Assembly: GCA_024137785.1 (NCBI GenBank) | Contig: JAHRHZ010000065.1 | Location: 14,547,724 to 14,611,723 of the forward strand | DNA length: 64,000 nt | Direction: 5' to 3' | From: Ginglymostoma cirratum | Lineage: Eukaryota | Shown: positions 1-11,479 of the stretch, one piece after another | How positions within the stretch are numbered: position 1 is the first letter of the stretch | Layout: every line of letters starts with the position of its first letter | The notes under the pieces: generated by a model | The model's input: only the letters and a program-made list of their open reading frames with translations | The model's database searches: none | Told to the model about the DNA's origin: nothing | Position numbers and translations under genes: made by a program

Positions 1-120
1 AGGAGGCGCGCTGACAATGTTACCTAGCAGGGTGACGCAACGTTTGCGTCTAAACCCACCAGCTCGGCGAGCATGTCTACAACCTCATCCACAACCCAAG
101 CTACAAATCTTCTTGAAAAC
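1..120 (+). mobile_element. Penelope-like terminal repeat fragment with decayed hammerhead motif
   Basis: 11-46 reads CTGACAA-T-GTTACC(TAGCAG)GGTGAC-GCAA-CGTT: hammerhead layout with an intact 6-bp stem II and two core substitutions. Cut by the window edge. Confidence 0.5.
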
Positions 121-421
121 TTCAATTTACTTGTTTTTCTCAGTACCTCAAACCTTTGAAACTCTTTTGTTCAGTCAGTCTCCTTCTCACAATGTTTGGG
201 CCTCCAAAAAAATCTCTTACCTAAACGCAATAACTATTTTTCAAATTATTTAGTCTGCACTTTTTAACCCTTGGATACATGAGAGTGTCTCAAATCCAGT
301 GTTGGAATGGCTACTATGATGAGTTCAAAAATACCGTCCCCAAAACAATTCTCAGATGTGAGCTGCAATCCATGGTATTTTAGCACAATAATCAACAGAT
401 ACAATGATTTGGTATACTTGC

Positions 422-976
422 CTTCTTCTTCTGTGGTGGATTTTGCTGCATCTGTGTATTTCCCTCAAAATACAGAGGCTGCCGGTCTGCTTGAGGGGAC
501 ATGGCTCCTTGCAATGTCTCAGATAAAAGTCCTTGGCTTTGCCTGTTAAAGCAAGAATCCCCGGATGGACTCATATACACAGTTTCTCCAAACCCTCGCT
601 CAGACTGTGAAGACTTCCTGTCATTGATGTAATTGGCTCTGTTCTCCAGTCCTCTGTATGGTCCCTCTAGCCTGTGTGTTGGAGTGAGGTCTCGGAGATT
701 GGAGTTCAAAGGTGAACAGGCATATATTAAATTAAACTCTGTCCTGAATGCTTGCTCTGAGTTTTTCAGGGCTGAGGGACCATCACTATTCCTTCCTGTT
801 GACCCAGTTTCAGTTTCACTGGGAAATGTTAATCCAGAAGGAGGAGGATGAGCAGCACAGTCTGTCAACGGCCCATCGGTGACCGCTGTAACCCGGAGTG
901 TGGTGTCCGGGTCAGGATGAAGGGAGAGATCTGAGAAGCCAGTCCTGGACTGGTCATTATCCGCTCTCAGAGGCGG
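422..976 (-). CDS. SETD5: SETD5 coding exon, 555 nt: PPLRADND...NSEQAFRTEFNLIYACSPLNSNLRDLTP...QNPPQKKK
   Basis: tttcag|CCG acceptor, in frame with ORF 392..868. Ends at a GC donor, AAG|gcaagt. QAFRTEFNL and QNPPQKKK are family motifs. Confidence 0.9.
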
Positions 977-3900
977 CTGAAATGACAGAAGCAGAAATTT
1001 GTTAGTGACAGCTACAACATTTGAGCCTGATGAGGGGTTTGAAGAGGAACTTTTGTTTCACACGAGGCAGTGGACTGAACTCTGCTTCTGTTTAAACATC
1101 AGCACAATACTTATACCATATTTCTGATCAGTGGATCAGAAAGAAACACATTAAGTCAATTCTAAATTTTCATCCTGCATACATAATCCAGTCACAATTG
1201 CGAACATATTTTCATTTGGGACATTTCTCTGCAGATAAATTCACAATGCAGAGATGACTGCCCATCACCCAGAACGATCTAGGTAATTTAAATTTTGAAT
1301 TTGAATAGAGGACATGTGTAGTTCAGAGGCATTCAACCAAATTCCTCCACAGTATTCAATATCTATATTAAACTTCTATAAGGAAAAGTTTTTTCAGAGT
1401 ATGTTGTTTGAAATATAGTTTTAGCTTCTTCTAGAGCTGGTACTTTCACCTCCCACTAATCTCCTCTCCATGTGGATCCATAAAAAGTACTTACTGAATA
1501 AATTATTCTTCTGTTGACATCTAGTTAATACTTGCACAAATGTGCATACACATGATGCTAAAGTGAACAGAATATTCACTTCTCCTGAAAAAGTTTCTTC
1601 TACTGGAATTAAACAAATATTCAGTTCAGTCGGCACATGGAATAAAGTCAAAACAGCAAGTGGAAGACTGGGTGTTTTAGTTTGCGACTACACTTCTTAG
1701 GTCTCCACAATTTTAGTCTTGAAAACTAATTGGAGCTGGAGGAGAGATTTTGTTTAACTTCCTAAATTTAAAATCGAAGAAAAAGATAAAACAGAATTGC
1801 TGACATCTCTGGTGCACCAGCATTGTAGCCAGTCAGACCCTTAACCTACAATAAGGTAAAGTAATAGGAATGTTGCAGTACTTTTTTCAGATAAACAATT
1901 TATGGCACTAACCCAAAGGAGTAAACCTGACAATGACAGATTAAATGCGGCCCTAACCCTAACCTGCAAGTGCATCCAATTATAGTCTTCCAAAATGAAA
2001 AACTTCCATAAAAGGAGATCAAGGTAGGTTGGGAGATGTTATAAAGTTTTGATCTGGCAGTGAGGGAACAATAGTCAAGTGATTCAATAAGGTATTGTAC
2101 ATTAGTGAGCAAACAATAAACTACCATTATGTTCCTAGTGGTGGAGTATGGAATCTGTAAGATTTTTCATTATACACTTAACAAATAAAAGAATGGAGTT
2201 TAGATAGTGGCCTTTTGATATCTTATTTTCTCATAAAAAGGAAGACCATCTCTTCTGTTAAAATATTAAAGATTTACTGACTGGCTATGGGAAAATTTGT
2301 GAAAGGGCAAACTGGCCTTAAATCCACAAATACAGTAATGAAAATTTGGAAAGCATTTTAAACATAAAATTATTTTCACTTGCTTCTTTTAGTCACACTC
2401 AATTATCAAATTTCACTGAAAAATCAAGATTTTTAACTAAGGAAACTTCACTTTAACATTTTCCTAAACTGATTAAGCACAGAATAAGAATCCAGAACAT
2501 TTAAGATTAAAACATACTGAAACTGAAAATTTTATGATATAGATGTTGTGGGTCAGTTGCAGTACTGCCTCTGCATTGTAATAAATCGGAAATTTTCAAT
2601 TTAAATAGCTGGAGTTTAACAGAAACAGTATTGTAAACAAATCAGTCAACTGCTCCCATCATCAGGCTCAGATCATTTGTTCTGTCTTCCTCCACCATAA
2701 AGTCCAGGAATACTCTGAAAAGCTTTACATACACAATATCTTACCACTATCAGTGCTGCATTGATAAAAAGCATCATTTTTGCTTTGGTTCATTCCTTAT
2801 TCAGAAAATATGAAATTTGTTGCTTTGCTAGTCACCTTCATTGCGTTAGTATAATTGCAGTTTTAATGCGTGTCCGTTCACAGAATCAGACACAAGGGGT
2901 TTCCATGTCATTGATAATTAATCTAATAAAATAATCATTATACACTTGCTGCAATGGATCATTTGATATGCAACAGGATGACACATTGAGAACTTTTTGT
3001 ATTGGTGCTAAGAACAACAGATAAAGAGAACTTTTCTTATTAATTTATTAATTTTAAAGAAGCTATATTTTTTCCTAATTGTGTTTATTTTGACATACAG
3101 GAAAAAAGTCAATGAAATTTTGTTCCTAGTCCCACAATGAAACCATCGAACACACTTTACAAAACATTTAATTACACAGTATAAATATCTGCATCCTCAA
3201 TCCAATTCTCAACCTGATCTACTACCAATCCCAAGCTTAGGCTTTGAGAATTGCAGGAACCATGTGACTAAGTATAAGAGTGACGATCACTAGTCTGAAT
3301 GTACAAAGAACACAATCCTGTAACTCAGACTGGGGTCTATTCTTCTCGCAGGAAATGCCTCTCTGACCACACTGCACCTTTCGTTTTATCATAGTTGTTT
3401 GTCATTTTTCTCAGACTGAACTAACCTGTCTCATCCTACTTAGTCATGTTACACAATTTATGTGCTCTACTGAATTACTTAAAAAAAAGCTATTTTAAAA
3501 TCATTAAGCTAAACACTAACGGCTACCATTACGTTTCAAAATATGTTTGAAATACTCAGGGAAATTAACAGCTGATAACAGCAACACTTAGGTAGAAAAA
3601 CATTGAGTGCTGCATTCTACAAGTCAAATTCCTTTTGATTTGACTAGCAGCCACAATCAATCCATTGGAAAAAAAATGGTGTTTTATATTAAAAATAACT
3701 ACAAACACCTGCGTTTAATATGTGTTGAAGTACAGGACTTAAAAGAATAAGAATTTTTTAATGCTTCATCTGGATTTAACTTAATTTTCTAATGGAAGCC
3801 AGACTTCAGACATATGAAACTTCCAAATAATACAGTCCGCAACTGTCTAGTTAATCTCCGTTGCTAAAGCTAACTCCATGCAAGGTAATCTGAGGAATTG

Positions 3901-6900
3901 TTAGCCTCAGGCACAAGGGTGACACCTTTCTATTTGGTCTTCTGCTCTCAAGCCAAATGTCAAGTTTGCTGAAAATATCAGCATTTATATACCACTTACT
4001 CAGAAGCTTGAAACCAAAGGGAAGGAGGTGACCAGCTAACAGGATACCCATGACTGGTTTTCCTGTCACCAGTTCAGAAGACGTGGGAAAAAGTAACTTA
4101 TTTTAAAACGTTATAGAAATAGACGGGCAGCAGAGTAAAAGGCTTAAGAAAAACGTGAATCAAGTTTTTTTTTAAATTGAAAAACTTGAATCCAAATATG
4201 CAGTGCCACTGAGGACCTTCAGGAAAATAATACTATAAAACAGAAATACATATGTGACAATGGGATTTTATGGTGGAGTTGAGATGTCAAGAATGTCCAG
4301 GGTCAAAACAACTGAGGAAAATACCATGAGGACAGAATGCTTTTTTGGTCAAACAAGATATTTGCTGGAACACGGCTGTTCATTCAGCATCTAAAGGTTG
4401 AAATGGCATAATTATCACTGGACAATTTATCACTTTCAGACTGGAATACCAGATTCAGGGAGTGCTGCTATACTGGTCAATCATTATTACTCTCCTTAAT
4501 TTACATTTTTGGCCAGTGCTGAACAGAGGCAGGCTTTGTGAATACGACAGAAGCTACGAACAACCAAGAAAAACTGGGGCAGTTATCAATAAAACAAATG
4601 AAATTAGGCCATTTATAAACATAAAGGCACCTTAAAAAATAAAATGTATGAGCTTCATGTGGCCACCGTCCTACAGAACCTGTTTCAGGTCCTGAAACTG
4701 GCTGTCAAACTGTTGATCCAACTTTAACCCTGTCATCAAAAAAACACAGATCTAGTTCTTCTGACTTGCAGCAATATCCCTACTGGCGGTTCAAAATAAT
4801 CCAGTTGCATAAGTCTTTTTTTAAAATTACTCATTGTTGTTGTTCATCTCCAACAAACCCCTTGTGTCTCATCTGTGGAAATTAATGATCTGCAATAAGC
4901 AACGCATCCTTAGGGTGACTTGTTAACATTTTAAACGTTAGCCAGGCAGTTGGATCGGCCGCTCAATCTCTCACAGTCAGAAAAAGATCAATTAATATAG
5001 GTGACAGTTGAAAATTAGAACTCAATTCTTCACAAAGCAACATGTTAATCAACTAACCCGTCTTAACAGCAAAGAATCTGTCTGTGCATCAAAGATTAAG
5101 TACCAGATTTATTATCACACAAATGACTAGTAGATTTTTAACTTGAACAGCCAATTGTAAAAATGTTGTTTAGAAATTGCAAAATATAACTCTGTATGGA
5201 ATACTGTAATTAGTTTTTGGCATCAAAGCTAAAGTAAGGAGATAACATAAAAATGCAATTAATGTTGCTAATGAAACCTTAAAACGTTTCTGAATGGAGG
5301 GCATTTCTGCTGCTGATTTGATAAGTTTTAATTTATATTTTTAATAGTATAACTATGTGAACGATTACCGGTTTCAACTAGTATTAACAAGGTAACATCA
5401 CTGTGTTTAATGCTTATAGAACTGGAGTACTACAAATAGTATGGACAAAGAGCACTGTGCAAAGAATATCAAGCAGAAGGTTTGGTCTCTGAGGACTCTG
5501 TGATTAGTTGTCTGCTGACTTAAGTCGGTTCACATTAATATTCAAACTCATTTTACTAAAATTAATTTTCTGTACTCTTTGCTTTGATAATTTGTAAAAT
5601 TTCATTTGCTAACCACCTCATTATTTTTAGGACCCCTTTGCCTTGACTAGCTTAAAGCCATTTGCAAGGAGGTTGTTCTGGGTGACCCTGAATACTTCAA
5701 GTCTCTCATGTCATTTTTATTACTATTTATAGGATAACACCAATGAATATCAAGTGAGGTATGTGCTCTGTGCTGCCAGGCAACTACATTGTACAATGGG
5801 AATAATTACACCAATACAGCTTTAGCCAAGAAAGTGACCGGAGCAAAAGCAGCTGTGATGAAGGGGCCTGGCTCTACAGAATTAATGCAAGAATCAGTAC
5901 TGTGGGGTAAATACAGGAATGTTGATTGGGGACAACCTGTACCAATAGATCAGTGATTTAAACTAACTTGGATTGCTCAACCAGATTCACCAAAAATATT
6001 AGTATTTAAATTTTTAAGATAATTAGATAGCTCAGATAGTTTAAGAACCATTACAACCTTCAGTGGTATATGTCACTCCCATTTTGCAAGGCTAGGGGCT
6101 AAACTTCCTTTGAGACCTTCCTAAGGTTTAATCTGGGGAGTCGAGGGAAGCAGTTTCCATGTCATCACTGGAAGGTTTAACCAAAAGCTTGCTGATGGAG
6201 AGACTTAATAATTGGCTGCTTTTTTTCCACATGGCTGCTAACTAGAAGTCTGGGCTGAAAACAAGAAGCAAACTAACAACAGAAATGAAAAACGTGAATT
6301 GTTTTTGCCCACACACTAGACACCACGCATTCACCTTTTTAAACAAGGTGGAGGAAATTTGACCCCCAGAAATTGTGTTTATATCTACTGGCATTTAATC
6401 ATATCCTGGCACTCATAAGCCAAAGTTCCAGCTGTAAGTGAATGATTCCACTGTATTGCAGATATTTTGGGAGAACTAGAGATTAAGGAAGTAAGCCCTG
6501 ATAAAAAACATCTAGAGTGGAGCCCCAAAGTGGACCAAATGTCTAAACATGCTATCTTTCCTACAAGTCCTTCAACCAAGCTGGTGCCAAAGGTACTGCT
6601 TTACACTTCTCTGGATTCAACCAAGGAGGTTCAAGGGAGACCTTGATGTTTGCACAGCCCAGGTAGCCATAAATTTTGACCAGGCCTCTGCCCTGAAGAT
6701 GACACTCCAAAAATGATGCATTTGCTAACACACCACGGGAATAGGCAGCTCCTAGTAGTAAGGTCAACTGAAATGGCACAGAAAACTGGTGCTATGGGCT
6801 GTCTCCAACTGTGGGAGGGATGACCATGTCCTCATGGGTCAGCTAGAGGTATCCCCTGATCGGTAAGTAACTGACCCACAATGATCCATTTGCTTCAATG

Positions 6901-8445
6901 TGTGCTTGGAACTTAAGAGTCTCTGCTCAACAAGTGAACGCAATTGATTGTAGTAGGTAAAACAAGAGAGGATGCCAGCTCCTTGATTAGCAAGCTGGAA
7001 AGTCAGGACCACGTGCAGGGTAGTAAAGTATGGTGTGCAGCTGGTTGACAACACACGTACGATGGCTGTGAACATGACAGGCTGAGCATTGATACAGCAT
7101 TCCCGCAAGAGACCAGGTTCACAGAGAGCAGACCACCGAAAGAAAAACATTACACATTCATCTGGCAGGAACAGAATTCACAGGAAACATGTGAGCAAAG
7201 GGTAGGCTTTGCTGTTAATCTACTCTCTATCATCAAGCCACTCCAACCCTCTTAAAGAAAAAAGGGTCTAGAATAGCTTCTTTCCAACCATCTCGCAATT
7301 TAAATGGGGCCAATTAACCTCAATAGAGTTCAGTTCTATGAGGAGATTCACATCATTGTGTGCAAAATCCCTGAAGTCAGGGCATCTTTACCTACTGGGG
7401 ATTGTAATACAAGAGTGGATGTGGACAACGAGACACAGCATTCCCGCCCTGAAATCGTAGCTTGGGAAAGATAAATGACAAAAGACAGAAACTATTTAAA
7501 TTACTTCATTGCTACCAAGAGATTTGCACAGCTAACATCTTCTTTCAGGAAAAATTATTCCACAAAGTATCCTGAAGACATCCAAGACCAGGGCATTGGT
7601 ATTAGGCGAAACTGATCATCAGTAGGTGCGACTCTCTGAACAGGATCCTCAACACACACAGCTTCCACCACAGATCATTAACTATAATCCATGTGTCTCT
7701 CTGACGTACATTAGAGTGAGGATGCAACCCTTGGAGGCTTTTTCAGAGGCGAAACACTGTCCTCATATCAATAACAGCTATACTGTCTACTCGGATTAAA
7801 AACCAACAATTCCACAAGATAATTGAATAGACACTCAGCACTCCCACAAAAGGTCCAAAAATGAAATGGACCATTCTTTTGGAGGCCACCTACAAGACTG
7901 TTCTGCTAACATATACGAAGCAAGAGGAGAAAAATATTGATTGGTTCGAGGCGAACAGCACCATGATGGAACTGGATATCAAACTTTCTGCTCTTGTTGA
8001 TTACAAATGAGCTATGAGAGAGGAAACTCTGAATACGTTAAGCACCACTTGAATGAGGTAAAGTCTAAAAGATTGTTATTTGATGCATCAATGACCACTG
8101 GTTACAATACTGTCAGAACATCCAAATGTCCTTCAACACAAGGGATGGCAGAGACATGTATGAAGACATTAAAAAGTCAAAATTCCATCAAAGAAAGTGG
8201 ATCCATTGAAAACAAAGTTATGGGAGATTACTGACTACAATAAACACCTGAAGAGATGATGGAACATGACCTTGAGTTGGACTCCAGAGAGGACACTCTA
8301 GAGACTAAAGAAAGCTTGCCTATCATGGCAGAGCTGGATATTTAACATAACAGAGCAACTTAGCAAAGCGAATGACTCACATCCCATGGGTAAAACTCCA
8401 GGTGCAGATGCTATACCACTTAAATCAAGTAGGAGAAACTGGCAG

Positions 8446-8982
8446 AGATAGTAGGAACTGCAGGTGCTGGAGAATCTGAGATAACAAAGTGTGGAGCTGG
8501 ATGAACACNNNNNNNNNNNNNNNNNNNNNNNNNNNNNNNNNNNNNNNNNNNNNNNNNNNNNNNNNNNNNNNNNNNNNNNNNNNNNNNNNNNNNNNNNNNN
8601 NNNNNNNNNNNNNNNNNNNNNNNNNNNNNNNNNNNNNNNNNNNNNNNNNNNNNNNNNNNNNNNNNNNNNNNNNNNNNNNNNNNNNNNNNNNNNNNNNNNN
8701 NNNNNNNNNNNNNNNNNNNNNNNNNNNNNNNNNNNNNNNNNNNNNNNNNNNNNNNNNNNNNNNNNNNNNNNNNNNNNNNNNNNNNNNNNNNNNNNNNNNN
8801 NNNNNNNNNNNNNNNNNNNNNNNNNNNNNNNNNNNNNNNNNNNNNNNNNNNNNNNNNNNNNNNNNNNNNNNNNNNNNNNNNNNNNNNNNNNNNNNNNNNN
8901 NNNNNNNNGAAACGTCAGCTTTCCTGCTCCTCTGATGCTGCTTGGCCTGCTGTGTTCATCCAGCTCCACACCTTGTTATCTC
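8446..8982. mobile_element. Fold-back PLE-derived element, family A, centre lost in an N gap
   Basis: Inverted arms gagataacaa...gatgaacac / gtgttcatc...ttgttatctc, 32-nt left tail, perfect 15-bp TSD AGGAGAAACTGGCAG (8431-8445, 8983-8997). Confidence 0.85.
8509..8908. other. Assembly gap (400 N)
   Basis: Run of N inside a palindromic element. Confidence 0.99.
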
Positions 8983-9356
8983 AGGAGAAACTGGCAGTTC
9001 TGCAAGGCATTCCTACCAACATTTTGACCATGTAAGCAGGGGTCATCTATTAAAGTTACTCAAGAAAATTAGCTGCCAGCCAAAGCCACTCAAATGTGAT
9101 CTCCTCTTTCCACGATAACGCGATTGTTCAGGTCAATTAAGGACAAGGCCACATCAGAACCCTTCAAGATTAGAGTGGGGTCAAAAAGGTTGAGTACTGG
9201 CCCTGACACTCTGGCACAATCTTCTCTTTGCTGTTGTCATATGCCTTCAGGTAATCTAGAGAGGCTGTTTACAAAAAGGCCAGAACTGATGGAAAGCTAT
9301 TCAGCCTCACTCACCAGAGATTCAAGTCAAAAGTGTGACAATTAGAGTTGCTTTAT

Positions 9357-9493
9357 AAAAACCAAAAGAACTGCGGATGCTGTAAATCAGGAACAAAAAC
9401 AAAGTTGCTAGAAAAGCTCAGCAGGTCTGGCAGCATTTGTGGAGGAGAAAACAGAGTTAGCGTTTCATGTCCGGTGACCCTTCCTCAGAACTC
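9357..9493 (-). mobile_element. Single-arm PLE-derived element, family B, decayed hammerhead core
   Basis: Minus strand reads CTGAGGA-A-GGGTC(ACCG)GACAT-GAAACGCT. Imperfect TSD agttgctttat/agtttctctat. Confidence 0.7.
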
Positions 9494-11318
9494 AGTTTCT
9501 CTATGTTGATAATGCTGCACTAACGTTCCATTCCAACAAACAAATGTTTTGGTCCAGGATGTTGCCAGACCATCATCTATTAATACTGATGTGACAGTCT
9601 AGGTTCTTGATAACTTCTTTAATCACCAGCAATCTGTCATCTGCTATTAAAATCAACGCACACAACACAAAATGTGAAGCTGCTATGTTCATGCTGAGTG
9701 TGGAGAATGTGGATCAATAGCAAACTGCCTGAGAACTCCAAACTGTGACCCTCATAAGCATATGTCCTCATCACATTCCTTTGCAGTCATGAGTCCTGGA
9801 CAAATTTACAAGGCAGGAGGAAAGGCTGGACAGTTTCCAACTTCACGGTCTTAAGATATATCCTTGACAGCTCTTTGCAGGATAAGATTATCAACTAGAG
9901 CATAGTAATCGCATTAAGTACACTCATTGCTAAGTCAATGACGTCAGTGCTGGCTCAGCAATGCTCATCGGATGAGTGAAGGTTACTATGCCCAAAGACC
10001 TTCTGAACTGTGAAGTGGGCACTTGGCCATGACCACTTGAGTGTTCATACTGCTGCTACAAAGATTACATGCAAGATTTGAGGTTGGTGAATACTGATAC
10101 TGACAACTATGAAGCAGTCACCATCAGCCTTTAACTGAGGCTGACAGAACAGCTGGGCATTGAAAAATATGAGAAATGTAACGCATACCCAACTGAAAGG
10201 GCACAGAAAACAGAAACAAAGTCCAGTCCACTTTCTTCCTCTGCAACAATTGTGACATACTAGAGAAGGGCTCTTGAGCCACACCAGGTGATATTTATCA
10301 TAAGTGAGCACCATTGTGCAAATCATTGTTGTATGATACAGAGGGCTGCCACTTTCTACAAGAAGCAGCCATATTCCATGACCAGTCATCATAAATACCT
10401 TGACTTATGCAACTCATAGATGCTTAATTTCAGGTGTGGGCATGAAAAATATTATTTCTAATTAAACCTGGCAAAGTCTTTCTTCCACAATGCATCATTA
10501 AAGTCACAATTAAGTACAGTGAAAAGCAGGAGATTTTAAATGATTTAATATTCAGATGACTAAATAGAAGTATGCCATGTGAAAATCCCGGTGACAACAG
10601 TAACGTACCTATCACAGATATTTTGGTTATGAGGTTGAACCAAGCTCCTGGAATTTGTTTTTTGTCAAATTTGGATGAGGTGGAAGCAACTATTTGCAAT
10701 GTAATATGTTTCAGAACTGTTACAGCCATTGAGCCTATGTTAACTGTTATTTCAAGGAATGCAATACCAGTATGCTTTTATTTTCATTGCAATGGATGAG
10801 TGTTTGACAAAATTCCTTCCCAAATTTTCTTTCAAAATGACAAATCATGTACTGGGCATTAAAGAAGAGATGAATCTTTACTGAAAAATTTCAAAAAGGC
10901 AGTTATGCAAATCTGCTCAATATACAAAAAAGGACTATACTTCTCAAATGTATCAGAAGAAATTCTAAAAGGAATTTTGTAACAACTTCAACGTGTTGAC
11001 TAATACTTAGCAGAGTGCAGTTTCTAGCCAAATTCAACAAAATTTTGCAGACCTTTTTAAAAAAATCAAATTTCTTAAAGTTAAGATTAAAGTTTAGTTT
11101 TTTTTGTGTGTTATTTAAAGTCGTTTTTTTATTAGATACACAGACAGATTTACGATCTCAATCTCATTCTCTCTCACTCTCTTCCTCCGCGCCCCAAATC
11201 AATCCCCAAAAGGTGATTCTTGCCTACTTTGGCAAGATTAGCCACTTGTGTCACATGCACACAAACTCTACTAAATATATCATAATGAGAATCATGCATC
11301 AATAGGACTGCATAGGAA

Positions 11319-11322
<4 letters not shown>

Positions 11323-11362
<40 letters not shown>
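11323..11362. repeat. (AG)20 microsatellite, (CU)20 in the SETD5 pre-mRNA
   Basis: Read directly from the sequence. Confidence 0.98.
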
Positions 11363-11367
<5 letters not shown>

Positions 11368-11422
11368 GCTACAAGGGCTTATTTCAGCCTTTCTAATCTA
11401 AGTGAGATACTAGGATAACTAC

Positions 11423-11479
11423 CTCTGGTGAAAACGGCTCAGGCCTATGCACTGGGGAACTCTCAGGAGAGGAAATGTT
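11423..11479 (-). CDS. SETD5: SETD5 57-nt frame-preserving exon (probable cassette): NISSPESSPVHRPEPFSPE
   Basis: cttttcccttctcttag|AACATT...CCAGAG|gtagtt, phase 0/0. NISSPESSP follows PLQFE in KMT2E. Not in the ORF track. Confidence 0.87.

Larger units (their letters stand above)
6560..10360 (+). mobile_element. Old, near full-length RTE-clade LINE remnant (pseudogenised, boundaries approximate)
   Basis: APE start LASWKVRT (~6988), RT motif ELLY/VDNAAL (~9345-9522, split by an insertion), C-terminal zinc knuckle CNNC...GLLSHTR (~10242-10290). Many stops and frameshifts. Confidence 0.75.

Noticed and set aside
8298-9027. Long ORFs with X runs (also 44747-45572) and recurring MELDEHSR-type peptides
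   Set aside because: Artefacts of reading through N gaps and of chance frames in the repeated palindromic element.
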